From NCBI GenBank assembly GCA_037147375.1, contig JBAWVI010000014.1:1-14855 (forward strand): DNA of 14,855 bases, in the 5' to 3' direction. Every line of letters starts with the position of its first letter. Position 1 is the stretch's first letter. The position numbers and the translations under genes were made by a program. Below are positions 14,560-14,855 of the stretch, piece by piece. Under the pieces are notes generated by a model, which searched no databases, was not told where the DNA came from, and saw nothing but the letters and a program-made list of their open reading frames with translations. The DNA comes from an archaeon. GTDB lineage: Archaea > Iainarchaeota > Iainarchaeia > Iainarchaeales > CSSED10-239.

Positions 14560-14855
14560 ATGAATTATATTAAAAATATTTTATTTGTACTAATTTTATT
14601 AGGAATGGTTGTTATGGTTCCAAGTGTTAGAGCGCTTGAGTTACTTGAACCGATTTCACAAGACTTAACATATACTGACAAAATAGATTTAGGTTTTGCT
14701 GCACCTGGAGAAGAATTTTTAGTTAGCTTCTTAGTTTCAGAAAATGAAGATTATTATAATATAGACGTTATTCCATCACAAAGAAAGGATGTAATTATTG
14801 AAAACACAAAAAAAACTAATGAAAGTATATTTACAACAATTAGACTTTCAGAAGA
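14560..14855 (+). CDS. Putative secreted or surface protein, N-terminal fragment (3' end outside window)
   Basis: The frame is open from ATG 14560 to the window edge, about 98 codons checked by hand with no stop. The start MNYIKNILFVLILLGMVVMVPSVRA-LE looks like a signal peptide (basic n-region, hydrophobic core, V-R-A cleavage-like site). A beta-strand-like segment follows. Confidence 0.6.
   Translation, partial: MNYIKNILFVLILLGMVVMVPSVRALELLEPISQDLTYTDKIDLGFAAPGEEFLVSFLVSENEDYYNIDVIPSQRKDVIIENTKKTNESIFTTIRLSE

Noticed and set aside
1-14855. Search for tRNA, rRNA, C/D-box sRNA, CRISPR repeats and mobile-element ends
   Set aside because: No G+C-rich islands or T-loop-like GTTCGAATC motifs occur outside CDS. 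Spacers contain no RUGAUGA...CUGA box pairs. There are no regularly spaced repeats of 20 nt or more, and no integrase/transposase-like ORF or long terminal inverted repeats.

Overview
Visibly AT-rich (about 30% G+C by eye, not computed), gene-dense archaeal chromosomal segment. I support 17 protein-coding regions: two run off the window edges, and one is a 50-codon ORF absent from the supplied track. I found no rRNA, tRNA, CRISPR array, integrase/transposase or other mobile-element signature. The core content is housekeeping. It includes a tightly coupled UPF0147 / PolD small subunit (DP1) / PolD large subunit (DP2) operon on the + strand, a convergent tuf-rps10 (EF-1alpha, uS10) operon on the - strand, and a Taw3 (TYW3-type) wyosine methyltransferase. 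It also includes a stand-alone PRC-barrel protein, a DUF373 membrane protein, an SPFH/stomatin protein and the tail of a Nog1-like GTPase. PolD, EF-1alpha, TTTAWATA-like boxes and GGAGGTGA-type Shine-Dalgarno sites place this in an archaeon. The divergent, Lys-rich proteins would suit a small-genome, DPANN-like lineage, but that cannot be decided from this window. Nothing here resembles a known defence, toxin-antitoxin or mobile system. The least explained parts are three. (1) An SPFH gene with no NfeD partner is followed within 14 nt and 7 nt by a two-TM micro-protein and a basic helical orphan. (2) A membrane-anchored coiled-coil protein carries a transglutaminase-like domain whose catalytic Cys appears to be replaced, and it sits next to a half-length NFACT (Rqc2/RqcH-like) protein. 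(3) The uncharacterised UPF0147 protein is translationally coupled to PolD. All family assignments come from remembered motifs, not database searches.
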